Shown here: one piece after another, positions 9,540 through 20,800 of the stretch
Numbering within the stretch: position 1 is the stretch's first letter
Layout: every line of letters begins with the position of its first letter
DNA from: a virus
Lineage: Duplodnaviria; Caudoviricetes
DNA length: 54,170 bases
Direction: 5' to 3' (one strand)
Virus record (IMG/VR): IMGVR_UViG_3300030109_000164
Coordinates: 1-54,170 of that record
Made by a program: the position numbers and the translations under genes
Notes under the pieces: generated by a model
Databases searched by the model: none
What the model was told of the DNA's origin: nothing
Seen by the model: the letters and a program-made list of their open reading frames with translations, nothing else

Positions 9540-9947
9540 ATGGAACTAACTACAGATAAAGTTATTGCTACATACATTAAGTTGAGAGGACAGAAAGAAG
9601 TTATAGAATCTGAAGCTAAAGAAAAGGTTGCAGGTATCAAAGCTAATCTTCTTAAACTTGAGGCGTGGCTAAAAGACAAGATGGATGCAGAAGGGGAGAC
9701 TTCTAAAAAGACACCCTTTGGTACAGCCTTCATAACAACTACCGACTTTGCCCAAGTGGGAGATTGGGATGCAGTCTTAAACTTCATAAAGAATAATGAA
9801 GCATGGGATATGCTAGAGAAGAGAGTCAGTAAGACAGCAGTGCGTGGATATATAGACCACAACAAAGCTGTTCCCGATGGTGTCAATTATGGTACACGAA
9901 TAGATGTTAATGTTCGTAAACCAGTTAACAAAACGAGTGACAAATGA
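9540..9947 (+). CDS. Conserved phage replication-module protein
   Basis: 135 aa; N-terminal coiled coil, KTPFGTA, DWDA, LEKRVSKTAV, VPDGVN. Confidence 0.7.
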   Translation: MELTTDKVIATYIKLRGQKEVIESEAKEKVAGIKANLLKLEAWLKDKMDAEGETSKKTPFGTAFITTTDFAQVGDWDAVLNFIKNNEAWDMLEKRVSKTAVRGYIDHNKAVPDGVNYGTRIDVNVRKPVNKTSDK

Positions 9948-10630
9948 TTGCACCAAAAATCTCTATTAAAGGTTCACAGTTTCGTGTTGTGAATGGAGAA
10001 GAGGAGACCGTATTAGATAGTAGTATTAATGTGGTTATCGTTGGAGCAAACCCAAAACTTTCTAAGTCTTGGTACGCTGAAGACTGGTCTGAAGATAATC
10101 AATCTTCTACACCTGATTGCTACTCACTAGATGGTATACACCCTAGCAAGAATAGTCATGCTATCCAAAATGATATGTGTGTTTCTTGTCCTCAAAATGC
10201 TTGGGGTTCTAGGACTACACCAACTGGTAATAAAATAAAAGCATGTGTTGACCAAAAAAGATTGGCCGTTGTCTTAACAGAGGGCCCATTTCATCAGGCA
10301 TACTTACTACAAGTTACTCCTGCGTCTTTGAAAAACTTGAATGCTTATCAAAAAGAATTGTCCATGCGAGGTATTGCACCTGAGATAGTAAGGACAAGGG
10401 TAGAGTTTGATACACTATCATCTTTCCCGAAGCTACGATTTAGTTTTCGTGGATTCAATAATGATAAGAATCAAAAACTTATTGATGAACATTTAGGGAC
10501 TAAGAAGACTAGGATTGTCACAGGAGAACTTGCTATTGAAACAGGACAATCCACCCATTCATTTGATGACTTCGGTTTCATCGAAGAGGATGGTTTTATT
10601 AACAACGAACTAGGAGGTTCAAATGAATAA
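9944..10630 (+). CDS. Cys-containing putative ssDNA-binding/annealing protein
   Basis: PKISIKG, PDCYSLDG, CVSCPQNAWGS, KACVDQKRLAV, FPKLRF and an acidic C-terminus; position in the replication module. Confidence 0.55.
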   Translation: MIAPKISIKGSQFRVVNGEEETVLDSSINVVIVGANPKLSKSWYAEDWSEDNQSSTPDCYSLDGIHPSKNSHAIQNDMCVSCPQNAWGSRTTPTGNKIKACVDQKRLAVVLTEGPFHQAYLLQVTPASLKNLNAYQKELSMRGIAPEIVRTRVEFDTLSSFPKLRFSFRGFNNDKNQKLIDEHLGTKKTRIVTGELAIETGQSTHSFDDFGFIEEDGFINNELGGSNE

Positions 10631-11348
10631 AACTTTTACAACCGCAAAAGGGATTGCGTACTACCCTTACATCAGTGCGCCAGACACTAAGTTTGATGAG
10701 CAAGGACACTATAAAGTTAACCTTTGTTTGTCAGAAGAAGATGCTAAACCAGTTATAGAACTTATAAAACAAAGTGTTGTTGAAGGTATCAAAGCTTTGA
10801 AGAAAGACAAACCTAATGCAGAAATCAAACAAGCACCCTTACCATTTAATAAAGAGGTAGATGATGATGGTAACCCTACAGGTAATGTCATTATTAAATT
10901 CAAATCTAAAGCCGCATATAAACCTGCTGTCTTTGATAGTAAAGGTAACATGATGACCAACTCTAATATATATGGTGGGTCAGAACTTAAGGTTAATGGT
11001 TCGTGTGCTTTTTTTCACACAGCTATGATTGGTGCAGGTGTATCAATCAGACTTAGAGCAGTACAAGTTATTCAATATGTAGAAGGTGCGAATGGTGCTA
11101 CTAAGTTTGGCTTCGAAGAAGTAGAAGGATTCACCATAGAGGAAGATGTTTCTATGAGTGAAGCAACTCCTGCTGCAGCTGCAGAGCCTGCTAAACCAAA
11201 GGTAGTACAAGCTATTAAACCTGCACAACAAGTAAAACCTGCGGCAGTACAGAAACCTGTTGAAGAACCAAAGGCGGCAAAGACTGTTAGTGGTGCTGAT
11301 GACTTGGCCGCAGAGATTGCTCAGTTAGTAGGAGATGTAGATGGCTAA
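10623..11348 (+). CDS. T7 gp2.5-like single-stranded DNA-binding protein with a long Ala/Pro/acidic tail
   Basis: KGIAYYPYISAPDTKF, GHYKVNL, KFKSKA, IYGGSELKV, GVSIRLRAVQVIQYVE. Confidence 0.75.
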   Translation: MNKTFTTAKGIAYYPYISAPDTKFDEQGHYKVNLCLSEEDAKPVIELIKQSVVEGIKALKKDKPNAEIKQAPLPFNKEVDDDGNPTGNVIIKFKSKAAYKPAVFDSKGNMMTNSNIYGGSELKVNGSCAFFHTAMIGAGVSIRLRAVQVIQYVEGANGATKFGFEEVEGFTIEEDVSMSEATPAAAAEPAKPKVVQAIKPAQQVKPAAVQKPVEEPKAAKTVSGADDLAAEIAQLVGDVDG

Positions 11349-11625
11349 TATACCACCACTTGATTTTAAAAAAGTGGAAGCCTTACGAAAGCATATGCTT
11401 TTAACTACAAGTAATATGTCAGAACTTCTTGGTGTGTCTCGTATGACTTACTATGGATGGGTTAAAGGAAAACAAATCCGTAAAAATAATGATAAGAAAG
11501 TACGAAGCACACTCAAAGATTTACTTGATATTATGACTGATGGGTGGCCTGCACCTGAAGTCATAGCTATGGAGCAGAGGTATAGATTCGAAAGGCTTCT
11601 TGAAGTTATAAACAAAACAGGGTAA
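11341..11625 (+). CDS. XRE/Cro-like HTH regulator
   Basis: LRKHMLLTTSNMSELLGVSRMTYYGWVKG helix-turn-helix pattern. Confidence 0.8.
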   Translation: MANIPPLDFKKVEALRKHMLLTTSNMSELLGVSRMTYYGWVKGKQIRKNNDKKVRSTLKDLLDIMTDGWPAPEVIAMEQRYRFERLLEVINKTG

Positions 11626-11632
11626 TATAAAT

Positions 11633-11673
11633 TAAGAGGGAGTTCTATCCTTTAGCCGATTGTCTCCCTCTTA
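11633..11673 (+). promoter_or_regulatory. Intergenic stem-loop upstream of the primase gene
   Basis: Perfect 10-bp stem TAAGAGGGAG/CTCCCTCTTA with a 21-nt loop and no U-tract. Confidence 0.6.
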
Positions 11674-11691
11674 CAACATAGGTAGGAGAAT

Positions 11692-14547
11692 ATGGACACG
11701 CTAGAATTTTTGAAGCGAGTCCTACCGATAGAAGGTTTCTATGTAACCACTGTCATTAACAAAGACGGAAGACGACAGGGTTTCTTTGATTCGGTAGAAG
11801 AACTTGCACAAGTATGTGAGAGGTTGGATAGCACAGGTAACAATACTTACTTTGCTATATCTTCTTTCTTACAAAAGGGTAACAGAAAACAAGATAATGT
11901 AAAAGCTACTAAGGTAGTAGCAATAGATGTAGATTGTGGTGAAGGTAAACCATATGCATCTTGGAAAGAAGGACTACAAGAACTAGGTAAATTTGTACAT
12001 ACAATGAGTTTACCTAAACCAATGATTATATATTCAGGTAATGGACTACATGTTTACTGGGTATTAACAGAAGAATTAGAACCACAAGATTGGAAACCGC
12101 TAGCCAATGCTATGAAACAAGCGGCATTAGATAAAGGATTTAAAATAGATGCAGGACTTACAGCTAACAGTGCATTGGTGTTAAGACCAGTTGGTACACA
12201 CAATCCAAAGAATGGTAATGAAGTAAAACTTTTAGTAGATGCAGAGCCAGTAGAAGTTTCTAGTCTAACAAAATCTCTATCATACTTCATTTCTCATACG
12301 GTGGATGATCTAACAAGTCGCACTTCTGACAACACGTTGTTAGAAAACTTAGTATCTAAACAAGAGTTCCCACCTGCTGTTGGTTCTGTTGTAGCTTCTA
12401 AATGTAAACAAATAGAATGGGCAATAGATAATCAAGACAAAGTAGATGAACCATTATGGTATGACCTTATAGGTGTTGCCGCTTTCTGTAATGATGCAGA
12501 GAAGACAGCAGTACAATGGAGTCAACGACACCCCAAGTTTGATTATCATGCTACAGTTAGTAAGTTAAAACACTGGAAAGAATCAGCTAGTGGCCCAACA
12601 ACTTGCGGTAAGTTTGATGTTGATAGGCCGGGCGGGTGTAAAGGATGTATATATAAAGGTAAGATAGGTTCACCTGCTAGGTTAGGTGTTCAATACCAAG
12701 AGGTATCATTATCAGCAGAAGCACCTGATGCTCAAGCTAATCAGATTCCAATACCAAAACCATTTAAAAGAACACAAGATGGTATAAAGATAACCATAGA
12801 TGATACAGATATAGACATTTGTAAGTTCGATATATACCCTGTTAGCTATGGGTTAGATGAATCACTAGGGTATGAAACAGTTAGATACCATTGGAATAGA
12901 CCGCATATGGGGTGGCAAGACCTTATATTAAGACAAGCATATTTAACAGAAGGCAATCGTGAATTTGCTACAGCTATAGCAGACCAAGGGATTGTGTTAT
13001 ATAACAAAAAACAAACGGAGTATTTTCAGCTTATGTTAAGAACTTATATGGATGAGTTAAGACAAATCCGTACCATGACTAACCTCTACTCAACTATGGG
13101 TTGGAAAGAAAAGAACACGGCATTTGTTTTAGGCGATACACTCTTGAAGCGTACAGCAGAAGGGGTAACAGAAGAATCAATTAGTCTTGCATCAGGTATA
13201 CAAAAACAAGGTGCAGACTTATATGGTAAGAAAGGTGATGCAGAACAGTGGGTAAATCTTACATCAGTATTACAGAAAGCTGATTTGAAATCACATATGT
13301 TTGCTTTAGGTGTTGGATTCTCAGCACCACTATATAATTTTACAGGTCTTAAAGGATTGACTGTATCTTTATATGGGCCAACTGGTGGAGGTAAAACACT
13401 AGCACAATACTGGGCGCAGTCTATCTATGGTAATCCTGACAAGCTACACTTTGCGGCTAAGTATACACAGAACAGCTTGTTCTCTAGACTTGGTACATAC
13501 GCTAACCTTCCGTTGACAATAGACGAAGTAACTATGATGAATGATAAAGAGGTAGGTGACTTCTGTTACTGGGTATCACAAGGTAGAGATAAAGCTAGAC
13601 TGAATCGTAATGCTGAAGAAAGAGATGCAAAGACATGGTCAACACCTGTAATGGTATCCACTAATAAATCTTTACAAAGTAAACTGATAGCTTCTGGTCT
13701 GGATACAGATGCACAAATGGCTCGTCTATTAGAACTTACTGTACCATCTGCACCTTTATTTACTAGAGGCTCTGAAGCAGGTCGTAAAATATATGAAGCT
13801 ATACATACTCATTATGGGCATGCAGGTAGACAGTATATTATAAACTTGTTGTCAATGGGTGAAGAAGGTATCCAGTCTGCTATAGCTGAAGCATCAGATA
13901 ACTTTCATAAGAAATATAAATCTAAGTTTAGTGGTGAAGAAAGATACTGGGAACAATCTATTATACTTGCAGACTTAGGTATGAAGCTAGCAGATGAATG
14001 GGGTTTAATTAAATTTGATTATACAAAAGCAACAGAGTGGGTACTAGCACAGATAGGTGCTATCCGTAGAACAGTACAAGAGAATCAAGTTGATTGTTTT
14101 GACCTTGTTGCTGAGTACATGGCTGACTGTGCAGATACTTCTGTAACTGTAATGCACACAGTAGGACAGAAGGCACAGCCTGATTTTGCTAGAATACCAA
14201 GAGGTGATATAAGAATTAGATTAGATGTATTCCGAAAGTCTCCAGCCGAAGTCTTTGATAAAGGTACAATGATGATTGATAGAACTCACTTTCGTAAATG
14301 GTTATCTGTACGAGGGGCCGATTACAAATCATTCAAACAGGAACTTGTTTTAGAGAGTGCGTTAGCTACACCGAGATCAGAGAAAGCGTCATTAGGCAAA
14401 GACACACCAATTAAACTAGCACAAACTTATGTTATAGGTTTTAATTTAACACACCCAAGATTCCAAAGTCTTCTTGAAAACGCAGATGTAGTAGCAGACG
14501 ATATGGCATACGGACAGTTACAGGTAGTGAAAGATAGAGAAGTTTGA
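11692..14547 (+). CDS. Primase (AEP/RepB-like) fused to a DUF927/P-loop helicase
   Basis: IDVDC, YSGNGLHVYW, VLRPVGTHN, a PriCT-like region, CxxC, Walker A GPTGGGKT, LTIDE. Confidence 0.85.
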   Translation: MDTLEFLKRVLPIEGFYVTTVINKDGRRQGFFDSVEELAQVCERLDSTGNNTYFAISSFLQKGNRKQDNVKATKVVAIDVDCGEGKPYASWKEGLQELGKFVHTMSLPKPMIIYSGNGLHVYWVLTEELEPQDWKPLANAMKQAALDKGFKIDAGLTANSALVLRPVGTHNPKNGNEVKLLVDAEPVEVSSLTKSLSYFISHTVDDLTSRTSDNTLLENLVSKQEFPPAVGSVVASKCKQIEWAIDNQDKVDEPLWYDLIGVAAFCNDAEKTAVQWSQRHPKFDYHATVSKLKHWKESASGPTTCGKFDVDRPGGCKGCIYKGKIGSPARLGVQYQEVSLSAEAPDAQANQIPIPKPFKRTQDGIKITIDDTDIDICKFDIYPVSYGLDESLGYETVRYHWNRPHMGWQDLILRQAYLTEGNREFATAIADQGIVLYNKKQTEYFQLMLRTYMDELRQIRTMTNLYSTMGWKEKNTAFVLGDTLLKRTAEGVTEESISLASGIQKQGADLYGKKGDAEQWVNLTSVLQKADLKSHMFALGVGFSAPLYNFTGLKGLTVSLYGPTGGGKTLAQYWAQSIYGNPDKLHFAAKYTQNSLFSRLGTYANLPLTIDEVTMMNDKEVGDFCYWVSQGRDKARLNRNAEERDAKTWSTPVMVSTNKSLQSKLIASGLDTDAQMARLLELTVPSAPLFTRGSEAGRKIYEAIHTHYGHAGRQYIINLLSMGEEGIQSAIAEASDNFHKKYKSKFSGEERYWEQSIILADLGMKLADEWGLIKFDYTKATEWVLAQIGAIRRTVQENQVDCFDLVAEYMADCADTSVTVMHTVGQKAQPDFARIPRGDIRIRLDVFRKSPAEVFDKGTMMIDRTHFRKWLSVRGADYKSFKQELVLESALATPRSEKASLGKDTPIKLAQTYVIGFNLTHPRFQSLLENADVVADDMAYGQLQVVKDREV

Positions 14548-14650
14548 TAAGATAAAAATTAAAGGAGGTAGGTATTTATATCTCAGGTTAGATACTGCTA
14601 GATATATATTTAGAACACCTCAAGAAATAAAACATATTAATAAAAAACTA

Positions 14651-14803
14651 ATGAGCGGTGATAGAGTTATGTCTAAAAGAAAAGCTTATTTAAAACGACA
14701 ACAGGAAATTCATGACTCTTTCATTAAAAAAAGAAACGCTAGGAAGCCCGTACAGAAGCGTAAGCGTAAGTCTAGGAAGGATACTAACCCCTTAATTTAT
14801 TAA
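14651..14803 (+). CDS. Small basic protein (50 aa; frame open from 14531)
   Basis: MSGDRVMSKRKAYLKRQQEIHDSFIKKRNARKPVQKRKRKSRKDTNPLIY fills the gap between the convergent arms; no clear SD. Confidence 0.45.
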   Translation: MSGDRVMSKRKAYLKRQQEIHDSFIKKRNARKPVQKRKRKSRKDTNPLIY

Positions 14804-14811
14804 TAAACTCA

Positions 14812-17800
14812 CTAGTCTAGTTCAATACCCCATATCTCTGCCATCTCATCAATAGCATCACGGGATTGTTTTGGTGCAGTTTTTCTAAACCTTGCTGTTG
14901 CAATTCGTCTTGCGGCTTTATAAGATTTGTTTGCAGATTGTGTGAAGTTTCTAAAATAAAACTCTGAGTCTCTACCTACATTTTTATTATACTCATCTAC
15001 AAACTTTAGTACCCTACGCATCTCACCTCTATTATTTTCTAGTTTAGCTTTTACATAAGCCTGAATGTAATGTGCTTTCATAGATTTTACATACGCTTGA
15101 TTCTGTCTGCTAGCTCTTATAATGTCGTTTTGTATTGATACAGAGTATGGATAAAAACCTAACATTCTCCAGAACACTGTCCACCCACCAACTTCTTTTG
15201 TTAATACTGTGCCGTCTGCTTTAGTTATTCTTCCATCTTCCATATACTGAAGGCTATCGAATATTCCTCGTACAGCAGCTGATGGTGAGTCTCTTAGTAT
15301 AGTTCTAAATTCTGTTGTGTCATCTTTAAGTCCTATAGTCTCAGCTCCATAACGAGCAAGTTGCGTTCCTGTAGCAAACAGTCCTGCCATTCCTGAATAC
15401 ACTGGCCCTAAGAAATTTTTTGCTTCTTGCCAGTATTCACCTGAATTATTCTTAGCTTGAAATATACCAGTCATTGGAATTAAATCACCAAAGCCTAGTC
15501 TTGTAGAAAATGTAGCTCCAAGTGTAGGGTCAAGTCCTCCTCTTAAAACAAATGGTGACGCACCAGGAATGAAAGCATCAATAAGTTTAGCTGCTTCCTG
15601 CTCAACAGTTCCCATTTTAATACCAAACTTCTGTGCTAGTGTTTCAATTAAATCAGATAGGTCGTCAGCAAATGGTAGTCCTGATAAACCTGCAAGGAGA
15701 AACAGTGTAGTTAGCATATAAATTCTACCGCTCTTTGGTAAACCTTTCATTAACTCGACAGTAATAATAGGAAATTGTTTATACATAAAAATATATTGTG
15801 CTAAGTTTCCTCTAGCCATTTCAGGTCTGTTATACATAGCATATTCACCCTGTGATGTGTTTACTGCTTTTGTTGCAAATGTTATTGCGTTTTGTTGTAC
15901 AACCACCTGTTCATCTTTCAGAAGTTTATCGTACGCTTTACCTTCAAAATTAGTAGCTAATATTCTTTCTCGTTCTAATCTGTATGCCGCAAGAAATGTA
16001 GCTCGTCTGTTAAGCTGTTCCGTGTAAGAGAACATATACATCCATCCTTTAATAGCACCATTAAAATTATTACTAGCTCTACCACCTCTTGATGTTCCGA
16101 CTAATGCATTAAACTGTGCAGCTTGTAACACACCTGCACCTGTGGCTTCTAATAGAGCTTCAGCTTCATCTTGCTCAAACCTGGATTGTGCTAGTTCATC
16201 TTGGTTATTAGCTAGTTCATATACAGTATCATAGTTAGATAAACTTCCTCCTTTTACATCATATGTAGCTCGTGCTATTGCTGCAGCAGCAGTGGCTAAA
16301 CCAAATCCTCCGCCATATCCTCTTTCTTTATTATAAGTGCCTAGGTATGGGATTGCATGTGATGGTAAAGATATTAAGTTGATTCCAGCAGTAGCGATTG
16401 AACCACCAAGCTGTAACAACACAGCAGTTAATTTTAGTCTTGAACCTATTTCACCAGACAATGCATCTTCTGTTGAGTCTACAATACTGGCAGAGTCAGA
16501 ATAAAATTGAAGTAGTTTATTAGCTTCTTCTCTATATCTTTCACCTCTACCTTGATTGCGTATATAATCTTTGTTAGTTAAAGTTTCACCTCTTTCTGCT
16601 TTTGCTAAACCTTCCCTAGTCTTTGCTTCGTTAAAACCAGGCTGTCCTATATCAGCGGAATGACTATAAGAATATGCATATTGTTCATACTCTTTTATAG
16701 CAGCTTCTTTTTGTTCTTGAGTACCTTCTCTTGTAGCTTTTTCAAGTTGTTCTAGTCTATCAGGGTTACCTCTAAAAAAACCATCGTTATCTATTATATC
16801 ATTAAGCTGCCAAGTAAAGGTAACTTTTCCTGCAATATGCCCCATAGTTTCTAGATGTTCTGCAACACTTCGTACAACATCCTGATCCCACCCTGGGTTA
16901 CCTGTTTTTTCTAAACTGCTTCTAGCTCTGTCACTAACACCTGATAACGCAGTAATAACTCTAGCTCTTTCATCTATGCTAAGTCCAATATCTAACTTAC
17001 TAACAATAGACATAAACTCTGTAAGATTTAATGTGTTGGCAAGAGGTTGTGACTGTCTAGCTTCTGCTACCTCTGGTCTAATAAACACTGTAACATCTAA
17101 TCCATCTACGTCTTTCATATTATATCTACTTTCTTTACCCTCATCATCTCTTACAAATTTTTGATTTAATTCTGTTTGTATATCTACTGCGTCTTGCTTT
17201 GCTTCAGTTTGAAAATATGGTAATGCTCCAGCAAAGTTTGCTTGTAACTTAACAGCTTTATTAGTTTTTACATTATATGCCTGCATACGAACTTGGTATT
17301 TACCTCGTCTAGTAAATGGAACATAACCTGTCATCATAGTTCGTTTAGCTTGAAACTCTGCATTTACAATCTGTTGGTCATGTGCAAATAAGTTTAAGAT
17401 AGTATCAGTTACTTCAAAAGCTTCATTCTTTTTATATTTTATATTAGCTAAATTTGGTAAAGAATTAATAATGTCAGCAAGTTCAGGTCTTTGAAATTCT
17501 TTAGTTTCTTTAAACGATGGATTACCATTTTCATCTATGCTTCTACCTGCCCAATCGTCTAATTTTTCAGGTTTCCACAATGCTCTGTTTATTTCTTTTA
17601 TAAATCTTTGAGCTTCTTTTATTTGTGCTTTATTAGGAGTTCCGTCAGCGTTAGGTTTTTTTCTCATTATGTTAGTGTACTCTTCAATAATCCTGTTAAA
17701 AATTTGTACATCTTCACTTGTAGGAAGTCCGTTCTGTCCTGATATAGTTTGAATTTTTTGCATAGCTCCGGTTTTTTGTCCTACGGCAGCAAGTAAATTT

Positions 17801-20800
17801 GCTTCAAGCACATCAATTGCAGCTTGGTTTACAGCATTTCTATTTTCTTCATATATTCTATAAGCATTATTAAATTCTTCTTCAGTTATAGCTACACCTT
17901 TTTCATCTACTCTAAATGATTTTGTTAAAGGTTCAGACCCATCGGCTAGTTGATAAGGAACACCTTCTTTAAATTGTTCTTTAGTAAGTTTACCTATCTT
18001 TTCTAATCTGGCACGATCTTTTTTATTCATTACTGGTGCATCACCTGTTTTATCTAACAAGTCTTCTGCTTGTATACTAGCTGGGGTTTCTGACCTAGCT
18101 TTAAACGCAGCACCAAAAGCAAGCATCTCACCTCCTATTTGCAGTTCTCTTGCTGATGGCCCTTTACCAAATCCAAACCAATGTGGAGTATGAGTATATG
18201 CTGTCATTCTTTCGTACTCAGACATTACTCTTCTAGTTTTACCAGCTGACTTCTGAAATATATTAAATATTTTTTGTAGTCCTTCGCTTCTTTGAGATTT
18301 GTTATTTAAAGTTTGTACGGTTTCAGCAACTCTTCCAAGATAATTGCTAGCACTTTCGCCTTTACCTTTAGGAACTTTCTTTAAAAATTCTTGGAACTTA
18401 TCAAAGCTACCAAATGCTCCTGCTTTTTTATTGAGGGCATAAGTATTTGCCCAGTTAGTAGCGTGTGTAGCTGATGTATTTTCCATAGAAAACCTGCCAT
18501 GCTCAGCTTCTGATTCTAATCTTTTTATATTTTCTGCTATTTGTTTTACACCAACAACACCTTGACCACCTGTCATTAAGTTCCTACGAGACTGTCTTAG
18601 GAAGTACCGCGTAATATCTGCATCACCTATGTTTATTAAATCACCCATACCTATTGTATCTAGTACAGCCTGAACTAAATTTTTAATACGATAAATTAAA
18701 CGACTATCAAATGATGCAGCTTTATCAGCAAGAACTTCTTCTACAGCTTCCATCATATCTATACCTGGGCGTGAAGTCATCATCTTGTCAACTTCATTTT
18801 TTACAAACCCGTCTGTTCTGTATATTTCACGGAAGATAGCATCCATTCTACTACGAGGCATAAAAGCACGAAAACCAAAATGCCCTAATGCCTCGTGAGC
18901 AACAACCAATCTTGCTTGTTCTTTTGACTTTATATAATCACTAAAAATTATAATTTGGTCACCAATAGAATACCCAGCTGCTTCTACTGTATCAAAATCT
19001 TTAAGTGGTCTACCAGCTGCTGCGCGTCTGTAAAGCTCTGGATTACTTTCAGCTAACTCTTGTACATTAGCGACTACAGTAACAGTTGGTTTTACTTTTA
19101 ATTTACTAAGAACTTTTTTAATAATAAGTTCTATATCACCTTTAGCAATAGGTTTTACAGGTTTACCATCTGCTCTACGAAATCTTCCTGAGTCATCAGT
19201 CTTTTGGTCAGCAGCATTTACTTGGTCATTAAGAGATTCTGTTGTGTTTGTTGTTGCTTCTTCGTTTCCTCTTCTAAGTCTGTCTCTACCTGTTGCTTCT
19301 CTTGCTGTTGGTTCAGCAGATGAATCAGGTATAAGTCTGCCATCAAACGTTTGTTTAATTTTTAATCTGCCTCCAGTAGTAAAATAATCTTTTAACTTAT
19401 GACCATTAGCCATAGTATAATTTTTTTCTTTAGCCATTAGTTTGGCATACTTCGTTTCCATTTCATTTGTAGCAGGATCAGCTTTACCCGGAAGGTCGCT
19501 CTTTATTGGAAAATTATTATATGCTGTATACGCACCGTTTTTAATAGAAACTTTTTCAAGATGAGAATTAATAAGCGCAGCTAACCCTTCAGCTTGGTCT
19601 TGTCGAAATTGTTTTCCTCTATCTGCTTGTCTTTCTCTACCAGACGCACCAAGTGCTAAATCATATAATCTTCTGAATTCATCTAGAGGTATACTTTCAC
19701 CAAGTAATTGTTTTTTACGCATTATATCTTGTAATCTTTCTGCAGTTTCCTCACCAAAAACTGTACCTTGTTCTTGTTCTTCTGTTGTTATGTTTGATGT
19801 AAGAACTTCTATTTGACTATCAGTCCACCATTTTGGCATGTTTGCAAGCGGAGCTTTAATTGAACTAAGAACATTTCTTTTTAAAGCATACTTTAACCAA
19901 TCTTTTTCTTTACCTTCTGTATTAGTTCCTTCTTGAACTTTAGCTGCACTATTGTTTATCGTTTTAATAAAAGCTGCGTCTAATACTTTTTGTTCTCTAG
20001 AAGTAAAGTTAGTAAAGTTAAGATAATTAATAGCTTGTGCTCTTAATGTATCTTCTGGTATGTTTTCAGCAAAAAATGCAAACTCCATTAGAATTTCACC
20101 AAGCATATAAGCAGCTCCAACATCTTTTTCAAATGCTCCCGGAGTTATACTTATAATATTAAAATCTGCAATAACAGAATTAAGTTCTTCTTGTTGAGTA
20201 AATCCTTGCAAAGAACTTAAACCAGCAGTACCACTGCCAAATTCTGTTTGTTCTTCTTTTTTAACTTCTGGTTTAGGTGGAATTCGTTCTAATACAAATT
20301 TAGCTTCTGCAGCTGTTAGTGCAGCTAAATCTCCGTTGACTGTATCTTCGGCAACTAAATTATTCCAAAGTGTTTTAAAGTTTGGTGGTAATCTGTCATA
20401 GCCTAAAGCACCACCTACAGTTAATGCATTCCACATTTCAATAGGTGTTCTATCTTTAACAGGTACAAAGATATTACTTATGCGAGCTTCTGATTCCTGA
20501 GCTTGTTTACGAATCCTGTCTTGCCTATCTTCCCTAGCTGCTCTTTTTTCTTCTGCGCTAGCAAACGCGATCGAGCGATTTGTCGCTTTTCTGATTTGCT
20601 CCTTAAGCCTATTCTCTTGGGCAGTTGTGAGTTGCTGGGCGTCTCCTCTTCGAATTGCTTGGCCAGCTCCGGTTTGTTCTTGTACAGCCACTTCTTCTGG
20701 GCTTCCGATTTGAATGGCATCTTGACTCCTTTCTATTTCTTCTGGTGTTGTTGGTGGTCTTACTTGTGTTCTTACTGTTGGTTCACTAGTTACTTGTTCC

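Noticed and set aside
11341-11625. Lysogeny module
   Set aside because: A single HTH gene co-oriented within the replication operon; no integrase, divergent repressor pair or att site recognised.
19155-19230. Another short +1 ORF in the giant gene (MLLTKRLMTQEDFVEQMVNL)
   Set aside because: Only 20 codons and no SD.
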